Below the pieces are notes generated by a model. It was given only the letters and a program-made list of their open reading frames with translations. It was not told the origin of the DNA and ran no database searches. From Vulcanimicrobiales bacterium (GTDB lineage Bacteria > Vulcanimicrobiota > Vulcanimicrobiia > Vulcanimicrobiales > Vulcanimicrobiaceae), in contig JBBRLI010000015.1 in NCBI GenBank assembly GCA_038231455.1, positions 12,148-76,147 of the forward strand: a stretch of DNA of 64,000 bases, written 5' to 3'. The first letter of the stretch is position 1, and every line of letters begins with the position of its first letter. Below are positions 56,067-64,000 of the stretch, piece after piece. Made by a program: the position numbers and the translations under genes.

Positions 56067-58072
56067 TCGTGCACCACATCCTCGGCGTTGACGGCCAGTT
56101 TCCGTTGCTCTATCTGATCTGGCTCTTGCCGCTCTTCGGCGCGATTCTGCTCTGGGCGTTTGGCCCGCAGCTCAAATCGCTCGCCGGTCCGATCGGTTCT
56201 GCCCTCATCGGCACGGCGTTCGTCGCTTCACTCGTTGAGTGGGGACTTGCGACGCAAGCTGTCGGTACGAACGGCGCGATGCTCTACGGCGCGCATATGT
56301 CGGTCCTTACGTGGACCAAAGGCTTTGACTTCGGTCTGCTCTGGGATCGTCTCTCGCTGACCTGGACGCTGATCATCACCGGTGTCGGTTTTCTCATCCA
56401 TGTGTATTCGATTGGATACATGAACGGCGAGCGCGCTTTCGCACGCTTCTTCGCCTATCTCAATTTCTTCGTGTTCGCGATGCTCACGCTCGTCTTGAGC
56501 GACAACTTCGTCGGACTCTTGGTCGGCTGGGGGCTCGTTGGCCTCGCCTCGTATTTCTTGATCGGTTTCTACTTCGATCGGCCGAGCGCCGTCGCGGCAT
56601 CGCGCAAAGCATTTGTCATCAACGTCGTCGGCGACGTCGGTATCCTTTACGCCGTATTCCTGATCGTCTCGAAGATCGGTTCGATCGCCTATGGCGATGC
56701 ATTCGCCGCGGCACAGTCGGGATTCACGCCGGGCGAACTCACGACGATCTGCATCGCGCTCTTCATCGGCTGCGCGGCGAAGTCGGCCCAAGTGCCGCTC
56801 CACACGTGGCTTCCAGACGCGATGGAAGGTCCGACACCCGTTTCTGCGCTCATCCACGCCGCAACAATGGTTACCGCCGGCGTGTACTTGATCGCGCGCT
56901 GCTGGCCGTTCTGGGTTAACTCACCGGACGCGCGCGCACTCGTCGGCGCCATCGGTGCGATTACGGCGCTCACGGGTGCCGTGCTCGGCATCGCGCAGTG
57001 GGACATCAAACGTATCCTCGCTTACTCGACCATGTCGCAAATTGGCTACATGATCATGGGTGTGGGTGTCGGCGCGTTCGATGCCGGCGTCCTACACTTC
57101 TTAACGCACGCGTTTTTTAAAGCCCAGTTGTTTCTTGGCGCGGGCATCATCATCCACAATCTTTCGAACGAACAAGACATCCGCAAGATGGGCGGCCTGC
57201 GTAAGCAGATGCCCTTCGCGTTCGCCGCGATCTTGGTCGGCGTGCTTGCGATCTGCGGCATCCCGCCGTTTAGTGGGTTCTTCAGTAAAGATGCCGTGCT
57301 CTACGAAACGCTCGTCCACGGTCATCCGTGGCTTTATGCGATCGGCGCACTAACGGCCGGACTCACGGCGTATTACATGTTCCGTTTACTCTTCGTGACG
57401 TTCTTCGGCACGTACCGCGGCGATGTCGATCCGTCGTCGCTTGGCATCCGTCATCCGGAGCTTGCCGGCGTTCATGCGCCGCACGATGAGAACGCGCACA
57501 CCGAACACGCGCACGCACCGGCGTGGCTGATGTCGGTGCCCGTCGCGATCCTCATGGTTCCAGCGACCTTGATTGGATTTCTGTATCTCGGCGGACGCGA
57601 GAGCGTGTGGGTGAAGTTCTTCGCGCCGGTGTTCAACACGGGCAGCGAATCGGCCGCAACGCCGATCCTCAGCGAGCTTGCCTCGACCCTGCTCGTGCTC
57701 GCCGTCGTCCTCGTCGGGATCGCGGTTGCCTATATACGCTACGCGCGTGCCGGGTTCTTCGCAAATCCGATCGAGCGGCTGCGATTGGAATCGATTCGCA
57801 TGCCCGCCCCCCTTACGAACGCCCTCTACTTCGATCTTGCGATCGACTATCTGGTCGTCAAGCCGACGCAACTTTTTGGCAAAGTCTGCGCGCGTATTAT
57901 CGATCCGATTGTGATCGACGGCGCCGTGCGCGAAGTCAGCCTCTCGGCATCGTGGCTTGGCCATCTCTTCCGGAGCTTCCAAACCGGACTCGTGCGCGCA
58001 TATGCGTTCGTCATCGTGTTCGGCGTTGCGTGTTTTGCTGCGTACTACGCAATCGCCGGAGGGGTGCACTAG
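56063..58072 (+). CDS. nuoL: NADH-quinone oxidoreductase subunit L
   Basis: KSAQVPLHTWLPDAMEGPTPVSALIHAATMV, HAFFKA, EQDIRKMGGL. Confidence 0.97.
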   Translation: MIVHHILGVDGQFPLLYLIWLLPLFGAILLWAFGPQLKSLAGPIGSALIGTAFVASLVEWGLATQAVGTNGAMLYGAHMSVLTWTKGFDFGLLWDRLSLTWTLIITGVGFLIHVYSIGYMNGERAFARFFAYLNFFVFAMLTLVLSDNFVGLLVGWGLVGLASYFLIGFYFDRPSAVAASRKAFVINVVGDVGILYAVFLIVSKIGSIAYGDAFAAAQSGFTPGELTTICIALFIGCAAKSAQVPLHTWLPDAMEGPTPVSALIHAATMVTAGVYLIARCWPFWVNSPDARALVGAIGAITALTGAVLGIAQWDIKRILAYSTMSQIGYMIMGVGVGAFDAGVLHFLTHAFFKAQLFLGAGIIIHNLSNEQDIRKMGGLRKQMPFAFAAILVGVLAICGIPPFSGFFSKDAVLYETLVHGHPWLYAIGALTAGLTAYYMFRLLFVTFFGTYRGDVDPSSLGIRHPELAGVHAPHDENAHTEHAHAPAWLMSVPVAILMVPATLIGFLYLGGRESVWVKFFAPVFNTGSESAATPILSELASTLLVLAVVLVGIAVAYIRYARAGFFANPIERLRLESIRMPAPLTNALYFDLAIDYLVVKPTQLFGKVCARIIDPIVIDGAVREVSLSASWLGHLFRSFQTGLVRAYAFVIVFGVACFAAYYAIAGGVH

Positions 58073-59553
58073 TGGCCGCTACGTTGTGCATCATCGTCCC
58101 GATCCTCGTGGGCCTAGCGCTCTACGCACTGCCGAAGAAGAGCGATCGCATCGCGCAGATCATCGGTATCGTGCTTGGCGGGATCATCGTCGGCTTCGTT
58201 GCGATCAGCGCAAATGACGCCGACGTGTCGGTTCGCTGGCTCTCGCGTCCGTTCGAGGCACGTTTCCACGTCGGCTTCGGCGGGATCTCGTATTGGATCG
58301 CGCTTCTGCTCGCGATCGCGACGTTCTCCTCGCTCATTGCACTGAGTGCCGCACGCGCGCGTGACTTCGTCGCGCAGATGCTGATTCTTGAGGGCGCGAT
58401 GATGGGCGTGTTCCTTGCCAAAGATTTACTGCTCTTCGCGCTCTTTTGGGACTTCATGCTCATCCCGGTGTTCGTGATGATCGTCGGTTGGGGTGTTGCA
58501 TCGCGTCGGAGCGATGCGATGAATCTCGGGGCGCGCGGAACACGTCAAACGGCCGCCTGGCGGTATCTCATTTACAACATGGTCGGCGGTCTTGTGCTGC
58601 TGCTTGCGACGGCCGCATTCGGCATTGCGTATGGCTCGACCAATGTGATCGGTGCGACCGGCGTTACGCCGCTCGGAGAAGTCTGGGCACCTTGGATTCT
58701 CGCGGGATTCGCGTTCGCGTTTCTGATCAAGACGCCGGTGTGGCCGCTCCACACGTGGATGCCGGAGACGTACGCGGAGCTGCCTCCTGAAGTCGTTGCC
58801 GTCGTGAGCGCGGTGCAGTCGAAAGCCGGGCTCTACGGCTTCATCGTCATCGGTCTGCCGCTCTTCGCAAACGACATGCACCGGTTTGCGCCAGTGATGT
58901 TCGTGCTGGGGCTGATCGCGCTCGTCTACGGCGCGGCGATCGCACTCGTCCAGACGGATGCAAAGAAGATCGTCGCCTACAGTTCGCTCTCGCACTTAGG
59001 GCTGATCCTCATTGGGATCTTCAGTTTCAACGCGCTCGCGCTGCAGGGCGCTGTCGTGTATATCATCGCCCACGGCTTGTTCTCCGCGGCGCTGTTCCTT
59101 ACACTCGGGTATATCGAGCAACGCGAAGAAACGCGGGAGATCAACCGCCTTGGCGGGCTTGGTGCCGACAATCCGCGCCTTGCGGGCGGATTGATGCTTG
59201 CGGCGCTTGCGGCGCTCGGGCTACCGGGTCTGGCCGGATTTGCGGGCGAGTTGCTCATCATGAGCGGACTCTTCGCGGCGGGCTACTGGTGGGCGGCGCT
59301 CATCGCGCTCGTGCCGATCGTGCTTGCCGCAGCGTACATGCTGCGCCTCTTCCAAATGACGATGAACGGACCGCACAACGCGGACCTGCCGCGTCGGCGC
59401 GACCTCACGTGGACGGAGGGTCTGGCACTGACGCCGCTCGTGATCGGCGTGGTGCTGCTAGGCGTGAACCCCGGCCCCGTAGCTACTGCAACGGCGAACG
59501 CGATTCACGCGGCCGTCGCGCTCGTTCCCGGTGCAAAGGATGCCTCGCGGTGA
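58072..59553 (+). CDS. nuoM: NADH-quinone oxidoreductase subunit M
   Basis: IKTPVWPLHTWMP, AYSSLSHLG, GLPGL.GF.GE; GTG overlapping the nuoL stop. Confidence 0.95.
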   Translation: MAATLCIIVPILVGLALYALPKKSDRIAQIIGIVLGGIIVGFVAISANDADVSVRWLSRPFEARFHVGFGGISYWIALLLAIATFSSLIALSAARARDFVAQMLILEGAMMGVFLAKDLLLFALFWDFMLIPVFVMIVGWGVASRRSDAMNLGARGTRQTAAWRYLIYNMVGGLVLLLATAAFGIAYGSTNVIGATGVTPLGEVWAPWILAGFAFAFLIKTPVWPLHTWMPETYAELPPEVVAVVSAVQSKAGLYGFIVIGLPLFANDMHRFAPVMFVLGLIALVYGAAIALVQTDAKKIVAYSSLSHLGLILIGIFSFNALALQGAVVYIIAHGLFSAALFLTLGYIEQREETREINRLGGLGADNPRLAGGLMLAALAALGLPGLAGFAGELLIMSGLFAAGYWWAALIALVPIVLAAAYMLRLFQMTMNGPHNADLPRRRDLTWTEGLALTPLVIGVVLLGVNPGPVATATANAIHAAVALVPGAKDASR

Positions 59554-60986
59554 ATCCTACCTTCGCAAACGCCGTCACGGCCCCCGATGTCGCCGCGTTG
59601 CTCCCGACCTTCATCGTCGCGGGGACGGCGCTCGTCGTTCTCTTCTTTGATTTCTTTGCGCCAAAGAGCGCGCGTCGCTGGCTTGCGATCGGTCTTTCTA
59701 TTCTCGGCCTGATCGTTTCGGCGGTGATGACCGCGCACCAATACGGCCACCCTGTGGTTGCATTCTCGGGCGCGTATCTCGTCGGCGGGTTCAGCGTGAT
59801 CTTCAGCGAGATCACGATCGTCGCAACGATCATCTCCCTCTTGCTCACGCTGGGCGTGGGCCGCGACGATCAAATCGCGGGCAGTTCGGCGCTCGTCCTT
59901 TGGAGCACGACCGGCGCAATGCTGATGTCGGGAGCGGGAAATCTGATGATGATTTTCCTCGGCATCGAGTTGCTCTCGCTTGGCCTCTATTGCCTGTGCG
60001 GGATGTCGCTGCGTTCGACCGCGCGCGAATCCGCGCTCAAATATTTGATCCTCAGCTCGATGGCCTCCGGCTTCATGCTCTACGGCATGGCGCTGCTCTT
60101 CGGAGCGACCGGCAGCGTCTCGCTGGCAGCACTCGCCTCGGCGCACGTCGGCGCGCTCTTTGCGATGGGCGTCGGCTTGTTCTTAATCGGGATCGCTTTC
60201 AAACTCAGTCTCGTACCGTTCCATGTCTGGACGCCTGACGTGTACGAGGGCGCACCGCTTACCGTTACGGCGTATATGAGCATCGTGACGAAGGCCGGCG
60301 TGCTTGCCGTCCTCGCGCGCATTGCCTACGCCGCGCTTCCCGCAGAATCGGCGACGATGCTGCTCGTTCCCGTATGGGCCGTTGCGGGGCTCTCGATGAT
60401 CGTTGGCAACCTCGCCGCACTCGCGCAAACCGATCTCAAGCGTCTGCTTGCGTATTCCGGTATCGCGCAGGTCGGGTACATCGTCGCGGCATTCGCGGGT
60501 CGCACGGACTACGGTCTGCGGTATGCGATGCTGTATTTTGCGGTGTATTTGTTTATGAATCTCGGCGCGTTCGGCGTGCTCGCGTTGATGTCGCGTGACG
60601 GCGAGACCGGGCCGCAACTCGCATCGTTCACGGGCCTTGCCTATCGTCGTCCGTGGCTTGCAGGAGCGATGACGTTCTTCTTACTCTCGCTTGCGGGCTT
60701 ACCCCCGACCGGCGGTTTCACGGCCAAGATTCTGCTCCTTGCCTCGACGACGAGCGCCGGTTACGTGTGGCTCGCGCTGCTGCTCATTCTTGGCACGGCG
60801 ATTTCCGTGTATGTGTACTTCAAAATCGTGCGCATCATGTTCGTGCGAGCGGATGAGGCACACGTGCGCGACGAGCGAGGCCCGAATTTCACGCCGTGGA
60901 TCGGTATTGCCGTCTGCGCGGCGGCCGTGTTCGTGCTCTGTTTCTATCCGTTGACGCCGAGCGACGTCTTGCCTGCGATCAAGTGA
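59550..60986 (+). CDS. nuoN: NADH-quinone oxidoreductase subunit N
   Basis: ESALKY, FKLSLVPFH.WTPDVYEGAP, KRLLAYS, SLAGLPPT.GF..K. Confidence 0.95.
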   Translation: MNPTFANAVTAPDVAALLPTFIVAGTALVVLFFDFFAPKSARRWLAIGLSILGLIVSAVMTAHQYGHPVVAFSGAYLVGGFSVIFSEITIVATIISLLLTLGVGRDDQIAGSSALVLWSTTGAMLMSGAGNLMMIFLGIELLSLGLYCLCGMSLRSTARESALKYLILSSMASGFMLYGMALLFGATGSVSLAALASAHVGALFAMGVGLFLIGIAFKLSLVPFHVWTPDVYEGAPLTVTAYMSIVTKAGVLAVLARIAYAALPAESATMLLVPVWAVAGLSMIVGNLAALAQTDLKRLLAYSGIAQVGYIVAAFAGRTDYGLRYAMLYFAVYLFMNLGAFGVLALMSRDGETGPQLASFTGLAYRRPWLAGAMTFFLLSLAGLPPTGGFTAKILLLASTTSAGYVWLALLLILGTAISVYVYFKIVRIMFVRADEAHVRDERGPNFTPWIGIAVCAAAVFVLCFYPLTPSDVLPAIK

Positions 60987-61171
60987 AAAAACGCGTGAAC
61001 AACTCCGGTACGATGGTCGTTCTCAACGTCTTTATAGCGCTGATCGCCTGCGTTTCGCTTGTTCTTGCCACCTTTGTAACGCATAACACCACGGGGATCA
61101 TCTTGAACGTGTTGATCCTGGCCATTGCAATCCTCGGAATCGCTCGGGCCCGGCGTCTACCGCGCGCGTGA
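60983..61171 (+). CDS. Small two-TM membrane protein (62 aa) coupled to nuoN
   Basis: GTGA overlaps at both ends; two hydrophobic helices, basic termini. Confidence 0.6.
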   Translation: MKKRVNNSGTMVVLNVFIALIACVSLVLATFVTHNTTGIILNVLILAIAILGIARARRLPRA

Positions 61172-62019
61172 CCAACCCCTCGACGCACTCGCTGCGTTTT
61201 CGGCTCCATGTCCCGGCGCATTTGAACGGTGAGACGCAGGTGCCACTGCTCGTCGCATTACACGGCTGTACGCAAAATGCGAACGATTTTGCCGAGGGGA
61301 CGCGCTTCGATGAGCTCGCTGACCGCTACGGCGCGATCGTCGCCTATCCGGAACAGACCGAACGCGCGAACGCACGTCGCTGCTGGAACTGGTTTCTCCC
61401 AGAAAATCAGTCGCGAACGAAAGGCGAACCGGCCGCGATCCTCGCGATCGTGGAAGAAGTATGCGAACGGCTTAATGTCGACCGCTCGCGCGTCTTCGTA
61501 ACGGGTCTCTCGGCAGGCGCGGCGATGGCTGCGATCCTTGCCGAGCAGGCACCGGACGTTTTCGCCGCGGTGGGTCTTGTGGCGGGGATCGCGCTGCACG
61601 TTTCGCACGATGTGCGCACGGCCTACAGCGCGATGCGCGGCGACCTCGATGCCGACGCGCTCGTGCCGATGCTGACTCCCGGCGAACCCGATGCCTATCG
61701 ACGGATGCGTGCGATCATCTGGGCCGGTGCGCGCGACCGCACGGTCGCTCCGGCAAACGCGCAACTGCTCGCGGTGCAATTTCGACAATTGCTGCATCTC
61801 CCTGAAGATGGAAGCGAACTGACGGTCATGCCCGACGGCCTGCTCTCACAGTGGAGCGACGAGCACGATCGCGTGCGCGTCGTGCTGCGCACGATCGAAG
61901 AACTCGGGCACGCCTGGAGCGGCGGAAGTTTACGCGGCTCGCATACCGCTCCGAAGGGACCGAGTGCAAGTGAGGCGATCATGCGATTTTTCCTCGACGA
62001 ACCGCACGCGAGCGCATGA
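61168..62019 (+). CDS. PHB depolymerase-family esterase (LpqC-like), no signal peptide
   Basis: LHGCTQ, YPEQ, CWNWF, GLSAG, GHAWSGG motifs. Confidence 0.9.
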   Translation: MTNPSTHSLRFRLHVPAHLNGETQVPLLVALHGCTQNANDFAEGTRFDELADRYGAIVAYPEQTERANARRCWNWFLPENQSRTKGEPAAILAIVEEVCERLNVDRSRVFVTGLSAGAAMAAILAEQAPDVFAAVGLVAGIALHVSHDVRTAYSAMRGDLDADALVPMLTPGEPDAYRRMRAIIWAGARDRTVAPANAQLLAVQFRQLLHLPEDGSELTVMPDGLLSQWSDEHDRVRVVLRTIEELGHAWSGGSLRGSHTAPKGPSASEAIMRFFLDEPHASA

Positions 62020-62222
62020 AACGCTCGAAACCGGCGGCGTTCTTTTGGTCAGTGGTCCTGATCGCCGCGATTTTCGAACTCGTCCTGGCCGTTCAAGGTG
62101 GGCACGGCGGTACCGCGGTTGCGATCTACGGCGCGCTTGTCCTGATCATCGGGTACGTGGTTCTCGCGACGATGCCGCGCCGAACGCATTCGCGCAAACG
62201 CGCGCGCAGGGGACGGCGCTAA
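62016..62222 (+). CDS. Small two-TM membrane protein with Arg-rich tail (68 aa)
   Basis: ATGA overlap with the esterase; two hydrophobic segments. Confidence 0.6.
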   Translation: MKRSKPAAFFWSVVLIAAIFELVLAVQGGHGGTAVAIYGALVLIIGYVVLATMPRRTHSRKRARRGRR

Positions 62223-63133
62223 GACATTCCCGCAGCGCGGACGACGGCTCGGACGAGCGCATGTTCGGGCTCGATAAATCGCAAGCAGATGGTATAGTGG
62301 TTATCGCCGGGCGACTCGTAGTACGCTCCAGCCGATCCGGTCGCCACCCAAGCCTTCACAAACGCGCGGGCTTGTTCTTTGAATGAGTCGGATTCTTTTG
62401 CACCGGCTGCCGCGACCATAAAGACGTTCGTTTTGCGGACCAGTCGCAAAGGTGAGAGCGTCGCAACATCCTCATCGGTGAGATTGAGAAAGTCTTGCGT
62501 GAAGGCGTACTTCATCGGTTCGAGTTCGTGCAGGCCGCTGATCGAGACGAGCCCGCCGACAGTGTCTTCCGGCAGCAGCTGCGCGCGCCAATCTGTGAGT
62601 GCACACATCGCCGCGAGTTGTCCGCCTGCGGAATGGCCGAACACCGTTATTTTGGTCGGGTTGAAGCCAAACTTCGCGGCGCTCCGCGAACAATAAGCAA
62701 CCGCGCGGATGGCTTGTGCGGTGATCTCGCGGAGTGTCACGCGCGGCGCGAGGCCGTAGTTGATGACGCCGACGTTGATGCCGCGCTTGACGAGCTCCTC
62801 GGCTACGAAACTGAAATCGTTTTTATGGAACCGCCGCCAGTAGCCGCCGTGGAAGAAGAGTGCGAGCGGACCCGTACAATCCTTGGTGCGAAAAAGATCG
62901 AGCCGCTCGTCCTCGCTCGGACCGTATTGCACGTCGCGAACGGGCGAGAGTTTGTTGCGGACCAGCCGGGATTCCGCCTGGTAGCGATTGCTGAACGACT
63001 GAAGGTCGATGGATTTTGACGGATCGTATTCGCGATCGAGCGCTTCGCGGTCGGGCGGGCCGTCGATCTCGACTTCGTCGACGACGAAGTCGGGAGCTTC
63101 GGGAATTTCAGGAACGTCGGGCAACTCGGTCAC
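62219..63133 (-). CDS. Alpha/beta hydrolase (kynurenine formamidase/arylformamidase-like)
   Basis: HGGYW, GHSAGG, SP, NHY motifs; acidic N-terminal extension. Confidence 0.85.
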   Translation of the reverse strand: MTELPDVPEIPEAPDFVVDEVEIDGPPDREALDREYDPSKSIDLQSFSNRYQAESRLVRNKLSPVRDVQYGPSEDERLDLFRTKDCTGPLALFFHGGYWRRFHKNDFSFVAEELVKRGINVGVINYGLAPRVTLREITAQAIRAVAYCSRSAAKFGFNPTKITVFGHSAGGQLAAMCALTDWRAQLLPEDTVGGLVSISGLHELEPMKYAFTQDFLNLTDEDVATLSPLRLVRKTNVFMVAAAGAKESDSFKEQARAFVKAWVATGSAGAYYESPGDNHYTICLRFIEPEHALVRAVVRAAGMS

Positions 63134-64000
63134 TTAGTTGACTCGCTTGGTCTGACCGGCCCATTCGCGTTCGCGTAAGACGAACTTCTGAATTTTTCCG
63201 GTCGAAGTCTTCGGGAGGTCACCAAATTCGATTGAACGCGGAACCTTGAATGCCGCAATGCGTTCGCGCAAAAAGCCGATCAACTCTTCGGCAAAGAGTG
63301 TATTGCCGGGTTTGAGGGTGACGTAGGCTTTGGGGACTTCGCCCCACTTCGGATCGGGTGAGGAAACGACCGCGCATTCCAGGACGGCGGGATGCTCGGC
63401 AATGGCTTTTTCGACTTGCACCGTAGAGATATTTTCACCGCCCGAGATGATCACGTCTTTTGCCCGATCGAGAATCTCGACGTAACCGTCGGGATGGCGT
63501 ACGGCGACATCTCCCGAGTGGAACCAGCCGCCAGCGAATGCCTTCTCCGTTGCGGCAGCATCGTCATAGTAGCCTTTCATCACATTATTGCCGCGCATGA
63601 CGATCTCGCCTTGCGTCACCCCGTCGGCGGGGACGTCGCTCAGCTGCGAGTCGACGACACGAACGTCGGCGGCATCCATCGTGAAAAGAGCAACGCCTTG
63701 GCGGCTTTTGAGGCGCGCCTGCTCGGGGATCGGGAGTCCGTCCCACTCCGAGGCTTTCCAGGCACAGACGGTGATGGGTCCGTACGTTTCCGTCAGGCCG
63801 TACACGTGGGTGATCTTCGCGCCGAGTCCCTCGAATTGCGCGATGAGCGTCGGCGAAGGCGGGGCACCGGCGGTGATGACGGAGAGGGCCTGGGCAAACG
63901 GAGCAGCGGTCGGCGCGTTGGCGAGTGCGATGAGGACCGTCGGCGCCGCGCAGAGATGCGTGACGCCTTCCCGCGCGATCAGGGTGAAGATCAACGCCGG
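63134..64000 (-). CDS. Acyl-CoA synthetase / AMP-binding protein (5' truncated by window edge)
   Basis: YGLTETYGP, GWFHSGD, DRAKDVIISGGENIS, LPKTSTGKIQK. Confidence 0.93.
   Translation of the reverse strand, partial: PALIFTLIAREGVTHLCAAPTVLIALANAPTAAPFAQALSVITAGAPPSPTLIAQFEGLGAKITHVYGLTETYGPITVCAWKASEWDGLPIPEQARLKSRQGVALFTMDAADVRVVDSQLSDVPADGVTQGEIVMRGNNVMKGYYDDAAATEKAFAGGWFHSGDVAVRHPDGYVEILDRAKDVIISGGENISTVQVEKAIAEHPAVLECAVVSSPDPKWGEVPKAYVTLKPGNTLFAEELIGFLRERIAAFKVPRSIEFGDLPKTSTGKIQKFVLREREWAGQTKRVN

Overview
GC-rich (roughly 60% by eye), densely coding bacterial chromosome segment, mostly housekeeping. The style (CG/TCGA-rich codons, stand-alone TonB-C domain, Thr/Pro-rich lipoproteins) tentatively suggests a Terrabacteria lineage such as Eremiobacterota; this is inference only. 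Contents: an RND efflux pump; two branched-chain amino acid-type (Liv) ABC systems; hydroxyacid-oxoacid transhydrogenase; metH and cbiX; a pgm / membrane protein / double-GTPase dynamin / Mo-oxidoreductase / nagA operon; amtB; a Btu-like ABC importer, hflX and cobU; and a complete nuoA-N operon with three extra coupled genes. I saw no rRNA, tRNA, CRISPR array, transposase or integrase. Most notable candidates: (1) an amtB leader with a 40-aa membrane uORF, four tandem hairpins punctuated by three CCTAAC repeats and a terminator-like end; (2) a degenerate Fic-HTH protein divergent from metH with repeated operator-like boxes over a near-consensus promoter; (3) a 50-codon ORF with an in-frame TGA followed by a SECIS-like hairpin between metH and cbiX; (4) a dynamin carrying a second, degenerate GTPase domain. 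All product calls come from motif recognition; no database searches were run.
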